From the IMG/VR virus record IMGVR_UViG_3300019880_000001, positions 19,914 through 83,913 of that record: 64,000 nt of DNA, one strand, 5' to 3'. The notes below the pieces were generated by a model, which had not been told where the DNA came from, did no database searches, and saw only the letters and a list, made by a program, of their open reading frames with translations. The number at the start of each line of letters is the position of its first letter. The first letter of the stretch is position 1. Source of the stretch: a virus. The translations under genes and the position numbers were made by a program. Positions 18,172 to 29,982 of this stretch are shown piece by piece.

Positions 18172-19347
18172 ATGACCCGCATCATCGGTAGGGGCAGGTA
18201 CGCCACGAGCGTATACCCGAGCAGTCCAAGCGGCGGCTCGGGCGCTGGCGGCGAAGTACTGCCCTTCTCGAATTTGCGCTACCTCGATCCGGCAACGACA
18301 CACGCGGCGCCGCACACGGGATCGGTCAGTAACCCGTGCGTGACGGTCGCCGAGATCGCCGCGCTGACCCCCGGGTTCATGGTGATCCAGGTCGCCGGAA
18401 GCCCAACGGACGACCCGGCGCTGATCCCCGCCGGAACGTTGTGCGGCATCACGGGAATGCCGCAGGTCGGTTTCTTCTTTCCGTCGATGACGCTCGAAGC
18501 GAGCGCGAATGTTTCGATGCGTGACGTGTACTTCGTCAACATCGGCGAGCAAGAGGGCGGCGGAGCGGCGCAGCTCAATGTCGTGCTCGCCCTCGACCCG
18601 TCGGAATCGACCTCGTTCGCGAATCAGATTCGCCAGATAGATCTCCCGAACTCTCAGGTCTCGCTGACTCGTTGCAACGTCTACTCGTCGACTAGCGCGA
18701 CGTTCTTGACGCTCTACCAGTGTCGTATTTCGAATCTCGGTGGAAACCCCGCGCCTGACATCACGATGAACAACGGCGGGTTTTTCTACGCCGAAGGCAC
18801 CGTGTTCAGTTCTTCTGTGCCGTCCACCATCACGCTCGACACGAGCGGAGGACGATTCGTCGAATGCACGTTCACCGGAGCCGTGACGATCGACAATGCG
18901 ACTGGGATCGCGACGTTCGATCAAATTTCGTTGGATAGCCTCAACGCGGCGGGGGGTACTATCACTACTCCCGAGAACCTGGCTCTGTCTCCGGCGTCGT
19001 TGATCGTTCCTATGATCGGAACGCAGACCGTCGCGGCCAGCGCCGTTCTCACGATCGGAGCTAACGCTTCTGCCGTACCTCAGTACGCATCCAAAGCGAC
19101 CGCATTCATCCCGCAGGCCGCCGCCGTCGGAGAGTCATTGGCGATCACGCTCGTCATCGCGGGAGGCGCCGTGATCGGGTCAGTGACCGTAGACGATACG
19201 ACTCCCGCCGGCGCCGTAGACATTCCGCTCATAACGCCGAAAGTTCCGATTCCGTCGGCCGGGGTGCTCCTTGCCGATCTCAACTACACGGCCGGAGGCG
19301 GCCCAACGCCACTTGCCGCAACCGTTGTCCGCGTCGATTTGATTTGA
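18172..19347 (+). CDS. Spike/receptor-binding protein candidate (beta-helix-like), GRGRY tag
   Basis: [16 protein letters not shown]; YLDP...GSVSNPCVTV cap motif typical before pectin-lyase-like helices. Confidence 0.7.
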   Translation: MTRIIGRGRYATSVYPSSPSGGSGAGGEVLPFSNLRYLDPATTHAAPHTGSVSNPCVTVAEIAALTPGFMVIQVAGSPTDDPALIPAGTLCGITGMPQVGFFFPSMTLEASANVSMRDVYFVNIGEQEGGGAAQLNVVLALDPSESTSFANQIRQIDLPNSQVSLTRCNVYSSTSATFLTLYQCRISNLGGNPAPDITMNNGGFFYAEGTVFSSSVPSTITLDTSGGRFVECTFTGAVTIDNATGIATFDQISLDSLNAAGGTITTPENLALSPASLIVPMIGTQTVAASAVLTIGANASAVPQYASKATAFIPQAAAVGESLAITLVIAGGAVIGSVTVDDTTPAGAVDIPLITPKVPIPSAGVLLADLNYTAGGGPTPLAATVVRVDLI

Positions 19348-19360
19348 AAGAGGTATTCCA

Positions 19361-20590
19361 ATGAGCCGAGTCATAGGTCGAGGTCGCTACGCCACCGAAA
19401 CGTACCCGTCAGGCCCCGGAGGCGGAGGCGGCGCCGGCGGCGCGAGCGTTCCGTTCGCTCGGCAGCGTTTCATCGACGGGGATACGGCGCAGACCGGATT
19501 GAACGGATCGGCCGCGGAACCGTACGAGACCATCGAGCAGTTCATGACTGCGCGGGACAACACCATCTCGGCGGCTGATTCTGCGGCGAACTTCGTCGGG
19601 TGGCTCATGCCGGCGCTCGCCGGGTACGTGGAAGACGTTGCATTCCGCGCTCGGTGCTCGACGGAGCTCCGAGCCGATTCCATGTCGGTGCCTGGTACCG
19701 GCGGCGTGACCATCGACGGTGATATTTCGTGGACCAACACGTCAGGTACCGCGGCGGCGCCGGCGGCCATTGCTTCGCTTCACAACATCAACGTGACGGG
19801 CACCATTACGGTGACCGACAACGCCGAGTCTCCCGAATTGCTATTCTCCATCAGCGGAGACGAAGAGCCTGGAGGATCCTCTGCGGTCATAGGCGGGTTC
19901 GATTCCAGCACGACCACGACGTTGGCGTCGATATCGCTCAACAACGCGCAGTGCACCGGCGATCTCACCGCAGGGGTCGCGGCCGACAGCGCTGTGGTGA
20001 TCCTCACAGGCGGATCTATAATTACCGGAGACATCACCGCAAAAGCACTTCAATGCAACAACGCGGTCATCGACGGAGCCGTTACGGTAAACGCGGCTGG
20101 ATTTGCGATTTTCCGCGCTTCTGCTTTCGCAGGGGCATGTGCGCTCACGGCTGCCACCTCATCGTTCGATGGGGACTCCTGGCTTAGCTTCTTGGCAAAC
20201 GGCGGAACTCGTGTTGCAGGAACGACTGTGCTCGTCACAGGAGGCGCCAGTACCGCTCTCGTAGAAGGTGCGGCTCTGACAGGCGCGTCTACGAACGTGT
20301 CTCTGAACGGCACGGGAGCAACGGCTGGTTTCACTGGCGCTAACTCCGGCAACCACTACACGACGTCGAACGGGACCCCGACCACCGTCACACTCAAAAC
20401 CGGCGGCGGAGAGTTGGTGGGCGACACGATGCTCATCACGAAGACGGATCTCGGCGCGAACGTTGTAGCGGTCAAGAACAACGCCGGAGCGCAGATCGCA
20501 TCGATCCCAACGCTCGCCAAAGGGTTCGTGCTCGCACGATTCAATGGCTCCGACTGGGTCTTCGTGTCGGGAGGTTCGATGCTGGCATGA
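19361..20590 (+). CDS. Spike/receptor-binding protein candidate, GRGRY tag
   Basis: [16 protein letters not shown]; FIDG...GSAAEPYETI; C-terminal ARFNGSDW as in fibre tips. Confidence 0.75.
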   Translation: MSRVIGRGRYATETYPSGPGGGGGAGGASVPFARQRFIDGDTAQTGLNGSAAEPYETIEQFMTARDNTISAADSAANFVGWLMPALAGYVEDVAFRARCSTELRADSMSVPGTGGVTIDGDISWTNTSGTAAAPAAIASLHNINVTGTITVTDNAESPELLFSISGDEEPGGSSAVIGGFDSSTTTTLASISLNNAQCTGDLTAGVAADSAVVILTGGSIITGDITAKALQCNNAVIDGAVTVNAAGFAIFRASAFAGACALTAATSSFDGDSWLSFLANGGTRVAGTTVLVTGGASTALVEGAALTGASTNVSLNGTGATAGFTGANSGNHYTTSNGTPTTVTLKTGGGELVGDTMLITKTDLGANVVAVKNNAGAQIASIPTLAKGFVLARFNGSDWVFVSGGSMLA

Positions 20591-20922
20591 GCGGATTCCT
20601 GCTCATCTCAGCGCTCGTCGGCGCAACTCTTCTCGTCGTACGCAGCACCCTCTTTGATCCGATTCGTCGGATTTGGCCCGCGCTCTTGCGATGCTCCCAG
20701 TGTTTCGGCACGTGGGTAGGCATCGCCGCGAGCGCGAGTGGCGTCGTGCCGGTAGGGCACGGGCGGATTCTTGACGCGCTCATCGTCGGAGCGGCGACAA
20801 GCTTCTTGTCGCTGCTAGCCGATGCTGTACTCTTGTATTTGCTCGGCGATCCGAGCGAGGAGCCCGAATCCCATGCGCCGAAAACTGACGACTCTGAAAG
20901 CAAAGATGGGGCACAGCCATAA
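20587..20922 (+). CDS. Membrane protein (DUF1360-like CxxC..W)
   Basis: LFDPIR...LLRCSQCFGTWVG, three hydrophobic segments. Confidence 0.6.
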   Translation: MSGFLLISALVGATLLVVRSTLFDPIRRIWPALLRCSQCFGTWVGIAASASGVVPVGHGRILDALIVGAATSFLSLLADAVLLYLLGDPSEEPESHAPKTDDSESKDGAQP

Positions 20923-21168
20923 CGGTTGCGCTCGCGCGCTCGCGGACATCTCGCTCTACCGAGAGCACCGAAACAACCACAACGTGCACGCCAACGTCGG
21001 CGGTGCGGTTTCGCCTCACTACGACACTGGTTTTAGCGGATGGTCGAACGCCTCTCGCCCGAGAGACAGCGCCATCTCTTTGCGATCCGTTACGGCACTC
21101 AGCTAGTTCGATCGGAGTAAGCCGAAAAATATTCAGTCGGCGATTTTTCGTCGAATCGAAAGCCTGAA

Positions 21169-22289
<1,121 letters not shown>

Positions 22290-22293
<4 letters not shown>

Positions 22294-23021
22294 GCACCGC
22301 GGGCAACGGAAACAACACCAAGTACCTTCAAGACAACGCGAACCTAGGCACTTTCAACGGCGCGTGCTCGGTGTGTTTTTGGGTATGCCCCTCCGGCAAC
22401 ACATTCGGCCCCGGCACGGACGGGTTCGTCACCGTTCTCGATCTCGGCGTGAACGGCGGCGGCGGCAACTTCGACTGGCAATTCTACTTTGACATTTCTC
22501 CGAACAACCTCACGCTGCACTACACGAACTACACAAGCGGGACGCCGACCGTCGATCAAGTAGTAGGCACACTCAGCGCGACAGTGATGTCCTTCGTCGC
22601 ACTGACACACGACCCGGCTGCCGCCGGTGGCACCACGAAATTGTACCTAGGAACCGGACCAGGATCCGCCTTGTCGTTGGTTGCTACGCTTACCGGCGAT
22701 GTGTGGACCGGCACCATGGGGAACCTCACGCTCTTCAACTGGTTCGGAGACACCGAACCGCTGAACGGCGAAATGACGGGCTGGCGCCAATGGTCCGTAG
22801 TGCTCACGCAGACGGAGCTCGAGAACGAGTACTCCTCGATCAAACCGAAGAGCCGAATATCGAATCTCGTACGGTTCTACCCGTGGCTCAACGAGCCGCA
22901 GGACAACATCGACCAGTCGGGGAGCGGCTTCAACATGACGAAGACGGGCACGCTCGCCACCGCACGCCGTATGCCGTCGGTCCCGTGGGGTTCGCCTCCG
23001 GTCGCGATGGGCTACGGTTAA
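22290..23021 (+). CDS. LamG/concanavalin A-like lectin domain protein
   Basis: SVCFWV...FVALTHD...KLYL...[20 protein letters not shown]...LVRFYP...DQSGSG. Confidence 0.8.
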
Positions 23022-24097
23022 CGCGTTATCCCCGCGTACCAACTCGGACTAGAGATCATGTCGAAATATTGCTCGTACAGCGGGGCCACGTTGCCCATCG
23101 TGTAGATCTGAGCGTTCTCTAGACACCGCTCAGGAGATATTTGATCTACGTGCATCGCGGCGTTCAAGAACTGCTTGAAGCTCCGACATCGAAATCCGGT
23201 GATTCCGTGCGCGACCGTTTCTGGGAACGCACCCCAATCGCTTGTGATGACCGGGGTTCCGGAAAAACCAGCCTCGACAACGACACCGCCGAACGGCTCG
23301 AGGTAGTGTGTTGGCACGAAGAGAGCCTTGGCACCCGCTAGCAGCTCGCGCCGCTTCGCGACGTCTGCGATGCCGGCGTACTCGACGTGATCGTCTTTTG
23401 ACGGTTTCTCACCGGGGGCACCGGCGATGACGAGTTTCGCCCCGAGCTCGCGCGTGACGTCGACGGCGATCTGATACCCCTTTTGGTGCGTCATTCGCCC
23501 TAAAAACAGAAAGTAGTCGCTCTTCTTCGCGCGAAACTCGAAATCGCCGGGGTCGAAGTAGTTGGGGACGACCGCGTCGTACCAAATACCGGTGCGCTGC
23601 GCTTGAAGACCGTACACGTGATGCATCCAAGCGTACGACTCGAAGCACCGTCGTTGCGTAAACACACCCTCGTAGCCCACACCGAACTCGACGGCGGCGG
23701 TACCGTTCAAAGCGTGCGCGATACTCTCTTGCCCGCGTCCCATGATCAAACAGAGAAATTCGTCTGGACGCCCGACGATGCGTTTCCGAGCTCGCCGGAC
23801 GGCCTTGTTATTCCAAAGATTGACGTGATGTCCGCTCAACGGAGCGGCGTGCCAGATCTTCTTCTCGTACCACTCTTGGCCGCCGAAGAGCCTGTCCTGA
23901 TCTTCTACCGAGAACACCTCGACGTGTTCCGTCAGCTCGCCGAGATCGTCCGAGCCCTCGTTACCGTAGTGGATCACTTCGTGGCCACGCTCACTCATCA
24001 TTTTGCAGAAACGCTGCACTTTGCCGGTGTACGCACATAGACCGTACTTCTTGTTCGACACGGTGTGCGCGAGAGCAAAAACGTGCAGCCTGGCCAT
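23018..24097 (-). CDS. Glycosyltransferase family 4 (GT-B)
   Basis: FLFLGRMTHQKG...EPFGGVVVEAGFSGTPVITSDWGAFPETV. Confidence 0.9.
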   Translation of the reverse strand: MARLHVFALAHTVSNKKYGLCAYTGKVQRFCKMMSERGHEVIHYGNEGSDDLGELTEHVEVFSVEDQDRLFGGQEWYEKKIWHAAPLSGHHVNLWNNKAVRRARKRIVGRPDEFLCLIMGRGQESIAHALNGTAAVEFGVGYEGVFTQRRCFESYAWMHHVYGLQAQRTGIWYDAVVPNYFDPGDFEFRAKKSDYFLFLGRMTHQKGYQIAVDVTRELGAKLVIAGAPGEKPSKDDHVEYAGIADVAKRRELLAGAKALFVPTHYLEPFGGVVVEAGFSGTPVITSDWGAFPETVAHGITGFRCRSFKQFLNAAMHVDQISPERCLENAQIYTMGNVAPLYEQYFDMISSPSWYAGITR

Positions 24098-24714
24098 CAG
24101 AGAACCCCCCGCACGGCACTGTATGCACGCCCAAAGCACCCGTCATGCGAGAGCACGGTGACGTCGCCCCCGGACCAGTTCTCGTTGCTCCCCTCGTCCA
24201 GCCACTCGTCCAAGCTAGACGCGGTGAGCATATGTGGGTGGCCGTCGTGAGGCGGAAGATCAATCCACTCGAAGATGCGAACTCGTCGCCCGAGCGTCAT
24301 CGCGTTTCGAATGATCAGCTTCGGGTCTTCGACGTGCTGGAGGCAATTGTAGATCCACACCTCATCGAAAGGCTTGTGCCCCCCATCGAGAACGTTCTGG
24401 AAACGCTCGATCACGGTCTCGCCTGGGTCGTGCAGAGCCTCGATACCGGTCATGGCGTACCGCAAGTAGACCCACGCCGGATACTGCAACGGGTCGGTCA
24501 CGACACGCCTCTTGGCCCCTCGAGTCTTCAAGAGCATCGAGGCGGGCCCCGCGCCGATGTCCAAGATGTGAGAGTGCTCCGGTACCACGAAATCCCAGTG
24601 CTGGCGCTTGATCCCCATGAGAGAAGCGTACACGTAGTGCTTGCGCTCCTCGTAGAAGGTGTTGCTGCAATCCCCCCAAAAAGCCGCCTCAAAGTCCTGC
24701 GCCGGGTTTCCCAT
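24097..24714 (-). CDS. Class I SAM-dependent methyltransferase
   Basis: ILDIGAGP, FDEVWIYNCLQHVEDP. Confidence 0.85.
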   Translation of the reverse strand: MGNPAQDFEAAFWGDCSNTFYEERKHYVYASLMGIKRQHWDFVVPEHSHILDIGAGPASMLLKTRGAKRRVVTDPLQYPAWVYLRYAMTGIEALHDPGETVIERFQNVLDGGHKPFDEVWIYNCLQHVEDPKLIIRNAMTLGRRVRIFEWIDLPPHDGHPHMLTASSLDEWLDEGSNENWSGGDVTVLSHDGCFGRAYSAVRGVL

Positions 24715-24790
24715 TGTTTTACGTTCGTATACTCCACGATCGCCGAACGAGTGTCCAGATCAGGTGTCGTGGTACCCTTCCGGACGAGCC

Positions 24791-25345
24791 ATGGCGCGTC
24801 GAATCCCCTGGAAAGCCATTGCGATAGGCGGTGCCGTCGCTGGGGGTGTCAGCGCTATTGTACTTGCCAGCCGCAAAAAGCTTCCCTCGTCTTTGCCGGC
24901 CCGGCGCGTGGCGCTCATCGGAGACTCGTACGCGGTAGGGCTCGGGCCGGAGCTCCAAAAGCTCCTCCCCGACTTCAAATATGAGGGGCACGTTGGGAAC
25001 ACCACTGCGGCGTGGGCTGCGCACAGCGCAAGCTGCGGCACGTGCGGCGACTGGCTCACGACGTTCAAGCCCGACGTCGTGCTCGTGTCTCTCGGAGTCA
25101 ACGACGGCGTCTCGCCGAACCGAAAGAACTACAACGACATCGTGAGCGCGCTGCACGGCATCGGTGCTCGAGTTGTTTGGATCGAACCTCCGGCAGGTGT
25201 CATCATCCCGGCGATACGCGCCGCTATCACCTCGCTCGGCGTGACGACGGTGCCTCCCACTCAAACACCTCTCGCCGGCGACGGACTGCATCCGCAAAGC
25301 TACGGACCGTGGGCTCAAGAAGTCTTCCAGGCGGTGCGCCAATGA
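24791..25345 (+). CDS. SGNH/GDSL hydrolase with N-terminal TM
   Basis: LIGDSY, SLGVND, DGLHP blocks. Confidence 0.85.
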   Translation: MARRIPWKAIAIGGAVAGGVSAIVLASRKKLPSSLPARRVALIGDSYAVGLGPELQKLLPDFKYEGHVGNTTAAWAAHSASCGTCGDWLTTFKPDVVLVSLGVNDGVSPNRKNYNDIVSALHGIGARVVWIEPPAGVIIPAIRAAITSLGVTTVPPTQTPLAGDGLHPQSYGPWAQEVFQAVRQ

Positions 25346-25575
25346 TGCTCAACGGACGCCCGACGATCGGGTTCGGAGACGAGCACACCGTCCCGCCGCT
25401 AGAGCTCCGTACGGCCTACACCGTGAAGGGGCTCGGCATCGGCGCCGGGGGACTCATCGGTTACCTCACCTTCGGGCCCTTGGGGATGGTTCTCCTTGGA
25501 GGCGCCGGCTGGTACGTGGGCAACCGCGTCGCCGTCAACGCCGAGAAGAAATTCGTAGAAGGACAACACACATGA
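25342..25575 (+). CDS. Small membrane protein
   Basis: MMLNGRPTIGFGDE; Gly-rich TM; ATGA overlaps. Confidence 0.65.
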   Translation: MMLNGRPTIGFGDEHTVPPLELRTAYTVKGLGIGAGGLIGYLTFGPLGMVLLGGAGWYVGNRVAVNAEKKFVEGQHT

Positions 25576-27392
25576 GGATCATCGGCAGAGGACGTTACGT
25601 CTACGGAACGTACCCAACGACAAGCGCGTCGGCAACGAGCGGGCCCCCCAGCGGCCCCGCCGGCGGAGACCTGGGGGCTACGTACCCAGACCCAACCGTC
25701 GTGGCGCTCGAGGAAACGAGCACGCCGGCGAGGCTCGCGATCGGCGCAATCCCAGACGGCGAATTGCTCATGCGTTCGGGGCTGGCGGTCATCGGCGCAG
25801 GCGCCGCCATGGGAGCCGCCATCACAGTGCGTCGGATCAGCGACAGCAACCTTGGCGGCACGAAGCTGGTCGACATAGCGACCACCAGCCTACGCGACGG
25901 CACGATCTCGTGGGTCTACAGCGTCGGAGCCCTCTTTCAGCTCGTGAAAGCGCCGAGCGCGGCACTTCTCGCGGCGGTCGACGGGATCACCGTCGTCGCG
26001 TCTACCGCAACCGCAGGATCCGTGTGGGTACGTCTCGAGGCCACGGCAAACCAGCGGTTTGGGGTCGAGCCGCCGCTCTTCATCGATCCTTCCGCCGGCA
26101 GCGACGACAACGACGGACTCCTCGTCGGAAACCCACTCAAGAGCGCCGACGAATGGTCCCGCCGAACCAACGGCGTCACCATGCTCGCGTCTTTCACGGT
26201 CACCTGCGCCGCCGGCGACGTCGGTAGCTTCTTCGGCAAACAATACTTCGACAACCGCAGCACAGCGGTCACGATCAGCATCGTCGGCACGAAGAGCCTC
26301 AGCGCTACCATGACGGTCTCTTCGATCACGCCGGAGAACAGCGCACCCGGAGTACAACAAGAATTCTGGATGGTAAAAACCGGAGGTCCGGTGCTCACCG
26401 GCGCGGAGCGACTTCGGATACTTACGAGTTCTATTCCGGCGAACGTCGGAGCCACAGGATGCGTGCGGGGGTTCGAGGGAAGCGATCCGACGCATCCGTA
26501 TACCTCCACGTGGAGCAACGGCGCGACCTCACTGGCAAACCTCTTCCCCGCTGCGGGCGACACGTTCGCGGTCGAGACACTGCTCACCACGTTCCGCGCG
26601 GACGACATGGACACGCGCAACATCGGCCAAGGTTGCATCCTGTCGTTCATCGACATGGTTCATCCGGCGACCACCAGCGTACCTGGCATCTCCCCAAGCT
26701 CCAACAACGCGCGCGTTACCCCGTCGGGGGACCACCTGTTCATCTCGTGCATCTTCGGCACCACAGGGGGCGGGATCGTTCGTATCGACAACGATCAGCT
26801 CTGGTTCCGCGGATGCGAGTTCAAGTCGCAAGTCCATTTCGTTGGCGGCGGCCCCTCAGGAATCGTGGCCTATCAATGCACGTTCCGTGTAGGCGCGGTC
26901 ATAAATTGTTCGTTCTCTCAAACAGGATGCGTATTCGAAGGTGTCACCTCGACCGCCACTTTCTGGTCCAACACCGGAGACGCCCTGTTCTCGCGCATCA
27001 CAGGCACCGCGTTCGGGGTGGGAGGCGTGTTTGCAACTGTCCTAGGCAGAGTTTGGACGCCGCTCGCCGGAGCTCGCAGCGCGGTGACGATTGGAATCAG
27101 CGTCTCCACCGGCGGTACCCTGAACTCCCAAACGTTCGCGCAGATCAACGATAGTATTTCAGCATCAACGGGCGCCATAGTCATGAACGGGATCGTCGTA
27201 CACGGGTACACCGTCGATCCGAACGCGAATTCTCGCGTGCAGTCGGTCAACACCACGATAGGTGCGCTGATCTACATTCACGACATCGCTGGAGATCCGG
27301 TGAACCCACCCGTGTCGGGGTGCTTCCAATACTCAGTCGCCGGGCAAATGCGTCTGATGAATCCCGCCGGGGTTGTCACACCACTCAACTGA
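25572..27392 (+). CDS. Large spike/depolymerase-like protein, GRGRY tag
   Basis: MRIIGRGRYVYGTYP; AGGDLGATYPDPTV fibre motif; FIDPSAGSDDNDG..NPLKS cap; beta-helix-like F..C.F repeats. Confidence 0.75.
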   Translation: MRIIGRGRYVYGTYPTTSASATSGPPSGPAGGDLGATYPDPTVVALEETSTPARLAIGAIPDGELLMRSGLAVIGAGAAMGAAITVRRISDSNLGGTKLVDIATTSLRDGTISWVYSVGALFQLVKAPSAALLAAVDGITVVASTATAGSVWVRLEATANQRFGVEPPLFIDPSAGSDDNDGLLVGNPLKSADEWSRRTNGVTMLASFTVTCAAGDVGSFFGKQYFDNRSTAVTISIVGTKSLSATMTVSSITPENSAPGVQQEFWMVKTGGPVLTGAERLRILTSSIPANVGATGCVRGFEGSDPTHPYTSTWSNGATSLANLFPAAGDTFAVETLLTTFRADDMDTRNIGQGCILSFIDMVHPATTSVPGISPSSNNARVTPSGDHLFISCIFGTTGGGIVRIDNDQLWFRGCEFKSQVHFVGGGPSGIVAYQCTFRVGAVINCSFSQTGCVFEGVTSTATFWSNTGDALFSRITGTAFGVGGVFATVLGRVWTPLAGARSAVTIGISVSTGGTLNSQTFAQINDSISASTGAIVMNGIVVHGYTVDPNANSRVQSVNTTIGALIYIHDIAGDPVNPPVSGCFQYSVAGQMRLMNPAGVVTPLN

Positions 27393-27395
27393 AAA

Positions 27396-28100
27396 ATGCA
27401 GATCGAAACCTCACTGCTCGCGCTCCCTGGAATCGGCACCGTCACGCCGACGTTCCTGTGCTCGCTCGTGGGCATGGCCGTGCGCCACGGTTGGGATCCG
27501 AACGGCATCGCGCTCGTCATCAGCGAAGAGAGCCTCTTCAACCCCTCCGCGAAGAACCCCCACAGCTCGGCCAGCGGCCTGATCCAGTTCATCGATTCGA
27601 CGGCAGCGTCCCTCGGGACTACGACCGCCCAGATCCGCGCCATGAGTGCCGAAGAGCAACTCCCGCTCGTGGAACGCTTCTTCCAGACGAGCCTCAACGG
27701 GAAAATCCCCGCTCGCATCGAAGACTATTTTCTCTCGGTGCTCGGGCGCCCCGATCTCATCGGGAAACCAGACGACACGCCGGTCTTCGTCAGAGGTTCG
27801 GGCGGCTACGCCGGCAACCCACAGATCGACATCGGCGGGGACGGCGTCATCACGGTCGGCGACACGCGCGCGTACATGCAGCGAGTGCTCCAACGGGCGA
27901 AAGGCACGGTCGGCACTTACCCCGCGATCTGTTACGAGAACGTCACGGCGCCTTCGACGCGAAGCAACGGCACGCTTGCTGCTTTTGCGCTCGGTACGAT
28001 CATGGCCGCTGTGGGGTACGGCACCTACAAGGTGTTGAGCGCGTTGAGCCCGAGACCAGAATCCACGGCTCTACCGCCGCCGGCTTTCAGGCGCACATGA
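27396..28100 (+). CDS. Lytic transglycosylase (SLT-like) with C-terminal TM
   Basis: ISEESLFNPSAKNPHSSASGLIQF; EF-hand-like DIGGDGVITVGD; TM near the C-terminus. Confidence 0.85.
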   Translation: MQIETSLLALPGIGTVTPTFLCSLVGMAVRHGWDPNGIALVISEESLFNPSAKNPHSSASGLIQFIDSTAASLGTTTAQIRAMSAEEQLPLVERFFQTSLNGKIPARIEDYFLSVLGRPDLIGKPDDTPVFVRGSGGYAGNPQIDIGGDGVITVGDTRAYMQRVLQRAKGTVGTYPAICYENVTAPSTRSNGTLAAFALGTIMAAVGYGTYKVLSALSPRPESTALPPPAFRRT

Positions 28101-28546
28101 CGAACAAGACGCTCCTCTGGCTCTCGGCAGGCGGAGCCGCCGCGGGGGCCGCCATCCTCCTCTGGAAAAGGACGGGAGTGGATGTACCCACAACTCCGTC
28201 CATTCCTGTGGCAGCGCCCGGCGAGGCCACGAAAGTCACGCTCGCGGTACCCGCAGGTTGGCGTCGCGTCACCGGATCCGAAGTGTCCGCGCTCCCCGAG
28301 CTCGCATCGCAAGCGAACTCGCTCATGAACACGCCGGGTTTCACGTCGATGCGGTACGGAACGCTCGCCCCGTTCGTAGCTTCCGATGGCAACACGTACG
28401 CGACGTGGATCGAACAGCACTACCATGAGCCGGGTGGCTCTACGAAGCTGTGGGGGCTACACCATGGGGTGACGGTACTAGCCCAAGCGAGCGCGCCCTC
28501 GGTTCTCGCCGACGAGTGGCCCGGCGTCAGACGTGGAAGCACATGA
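28097..28546 (+). CDS. Membrane-anchored protein (domain resembles 2464-2883)
   Basis: N-terminal TM; PAGWRR...LASQANSL...WIEQH...HHGVTVL. Confidence 0.7.
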   Translation: MTNKTLLWLSAGGAAAGAAILLWKRTGVDVPTTPSIPVAAPGEATKVTLAVPAGWRRVTGSEVSALPELASQANSLMNTPGFTSMRYGTLAPFVASDGNTYATWIEQHYHEPGGSTKLWGLHHGVTVLAQASAPSVLADEWPGVRRGST

Positions 28547-29127
28547 TCCTCCGCCCCAATATTCTCACCAAGCACACTTCGTTCGAGGTACTGCGCGCCT
28601 ACAGCATCGCGCACGTTCGCGTGTTCACAACGCCCATCACCGGCACGCTCGCCGAGATGCTCACCGCGTGGAGTGCGTTCGAGACCTGGTTTTGGAAACT
28701 CTGTCACGACGACAATCTCACGAACATGCGCGGCACGTGGCGAGGCAACGGTACGACGTTCAAAGCGAGCGAGATCGACGCGCACGGCAAGGAGATCTTC
28801 TTGCCCCCGAGCGCGACGAACGTCTTTCGCGCCTACACGGACTCCCCCGGAGTGCCGGCAATAGTCGCCTCCGCTGAGGACAACATCCGTTTCGTCGGTA
28901 CGGCGAGCAACCCCAGCGTGCGCCCGAATCGTTACCAAGAAGCGTGGGATGCGGCCCAGCGAGGCGACGTCGAAGGCTTCGTGATGGGGCTCGCGGAACC
29001 GAAGCTCCCCGGCGTCGAACACGTGCCCGGCTTCTTCACCGCGAACCCGCGCGTGTACCTAGCGGGGGTGCAGCATTGCCTCGACACGCTCAGGCCCGAC
29101 TTCGATACGTACGAAAGAGCACCGTGA
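28543..29127 (+). CDS. Glucosaminidase (GH73)-like muralytic enzyme
   Basis: FET...DNLTNMRG...FRAY...RY..AW...GFFTANPRVY pattern. Confidence 0.6.
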   Translation: MILRPNILTKHTSFEVLRAYSIAHVRVFTTPITGTLAEMLTAWSAFETWFWKLCHDDNLTNMRGTWRGNGTTFKASEIDAHGKEIFLPPSATNVFRAYTDSPGVPAIVASAEDNIRFVGTASNPSVRPNRYQEAWDAAQRGDVEGFVMGLAEPKLPGVEHVPGFFTANPRVYLAGVQHCLDTLRPDFDTYERAP

Positions 29128-29330
29128 TCGCGCGATTGATCTGCTTGCTCCTCGGGCATTCACTCGATGAGCTCGCGGTGCTCGAGGGAGCCCAACCCCC
29201 TATCTACGTGACGCACGGCAGGTGCGCTCGGTGCAAGACGCCCGTCATCACGGTGCGTGATCTTCGCGACGAAAAAGACCAGCAAGCGGACGTCGATACG
29301 GTCGACGAGCGCTCAGACCGGTTGAAGTAG
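29124..29330 (+). CDS. Small Zn-binding-like protein
   Basis: RLICLLLGH...CARC. Confidence 0.5.
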   Translation: MIARLICLLLGHSLDELAVLEGAQPPIYVTHGRCARCKTPVITVRDLRDEKDQQADVDTVDERSDRLK

Positions 29331-29873
29331 GCTCGTGAGCGGCTGAACGAGCCCGGCGCCGCTGAGACGTCTGCACTGTAGGGCGTTCGGCGCCGGAAGA
29401 TCGTTCACCAAGTCGGCTTGGCTGAGGTAGGTCAACCGCACTACCGGAACGGACGGCAGTGCCACAGAGAATACGGTAGCCGCGCTGAAAACCTCAGCGG
29501 CGCCTGCGGGGTTGCTGTTGAAAACACACGAGACCGGCGGTCCGGAGCCGCCGTCAATGTAGTTCCAAGTTGTGCCGCCGTCCAAACTCACTTCGACACG
29601 TATTACGAGATTGATCGAGCCTGCTTGTGAGCTCGCTATCGTGAACACGAGAGCTCCGTCTAGAACATCGTCCGCTTCCCAGTCGGTGAACGTGATGACG
29701 ACGTTTCCGCCCACACCCGGCACCGGTGTGAAGTCGCCCACCGGATCCAAGTTGCCTGAAGCGGTGTAGGCCGTTCCGTACTGCAACAGCAACGGGTCAC
29801 TGCCGCCTGCCGCAGCGGGCTTCTCTGGGTACGTTTCGGTCGCGTACCGGCCTCTGCCCATGAGCCTGCTCAT
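29313..29873 (-). CDS. Beta-sandwich virion protein, GRGRY tag
   Basis: [16 protein letters not shown]; VEVSLDGGTTW. Confidence 0.75.
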   Translation of the reverse strand: MSRLMGRGRYATETYPEKPAAAGGSDPLLLQYGTAYTASGNLDPVGDFTPVPGVGGNVVITFTDWEADDVLDGALVFTIASSQAGSINLVIRVEVSLDGGTTWNYIDGGSGPPVSCVFNSNPAGAAEVFSAATVFSVALPSVPVVRLTYLSQADLVNDLPAPNALQCRRLSGAGLVQPLTSLLQPV

Positions 29874-29982
29874 GGGTACCGAGTGTATCAGAGCCGTCGG
29901 GCATTCCGCAAAAACCAGCAGAATTCACGTACTTACTCGATCGTTTCCGAGCGCGTTGTTGGGTCTGATAGGCTCTTGACCC
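29874..29982. promoter_or_regulatory. Divergent pair of extended -10 promoters
   Basis: TGA-TACACT (-) and TGA-TAGGCT (+), each 8 nt before an ATG. Confidence 0.5.

Noticed and set aside
19890-19910. tRNA T-loop-like GGTTCGATTCC
   Set aside because: Inside a coding region with no cloverleaf
20822-21106. ORF between the DUF1360-like gene and the collagen gene
   Set aside because: No RBS, motif or coupling that I can support; may be non-coding
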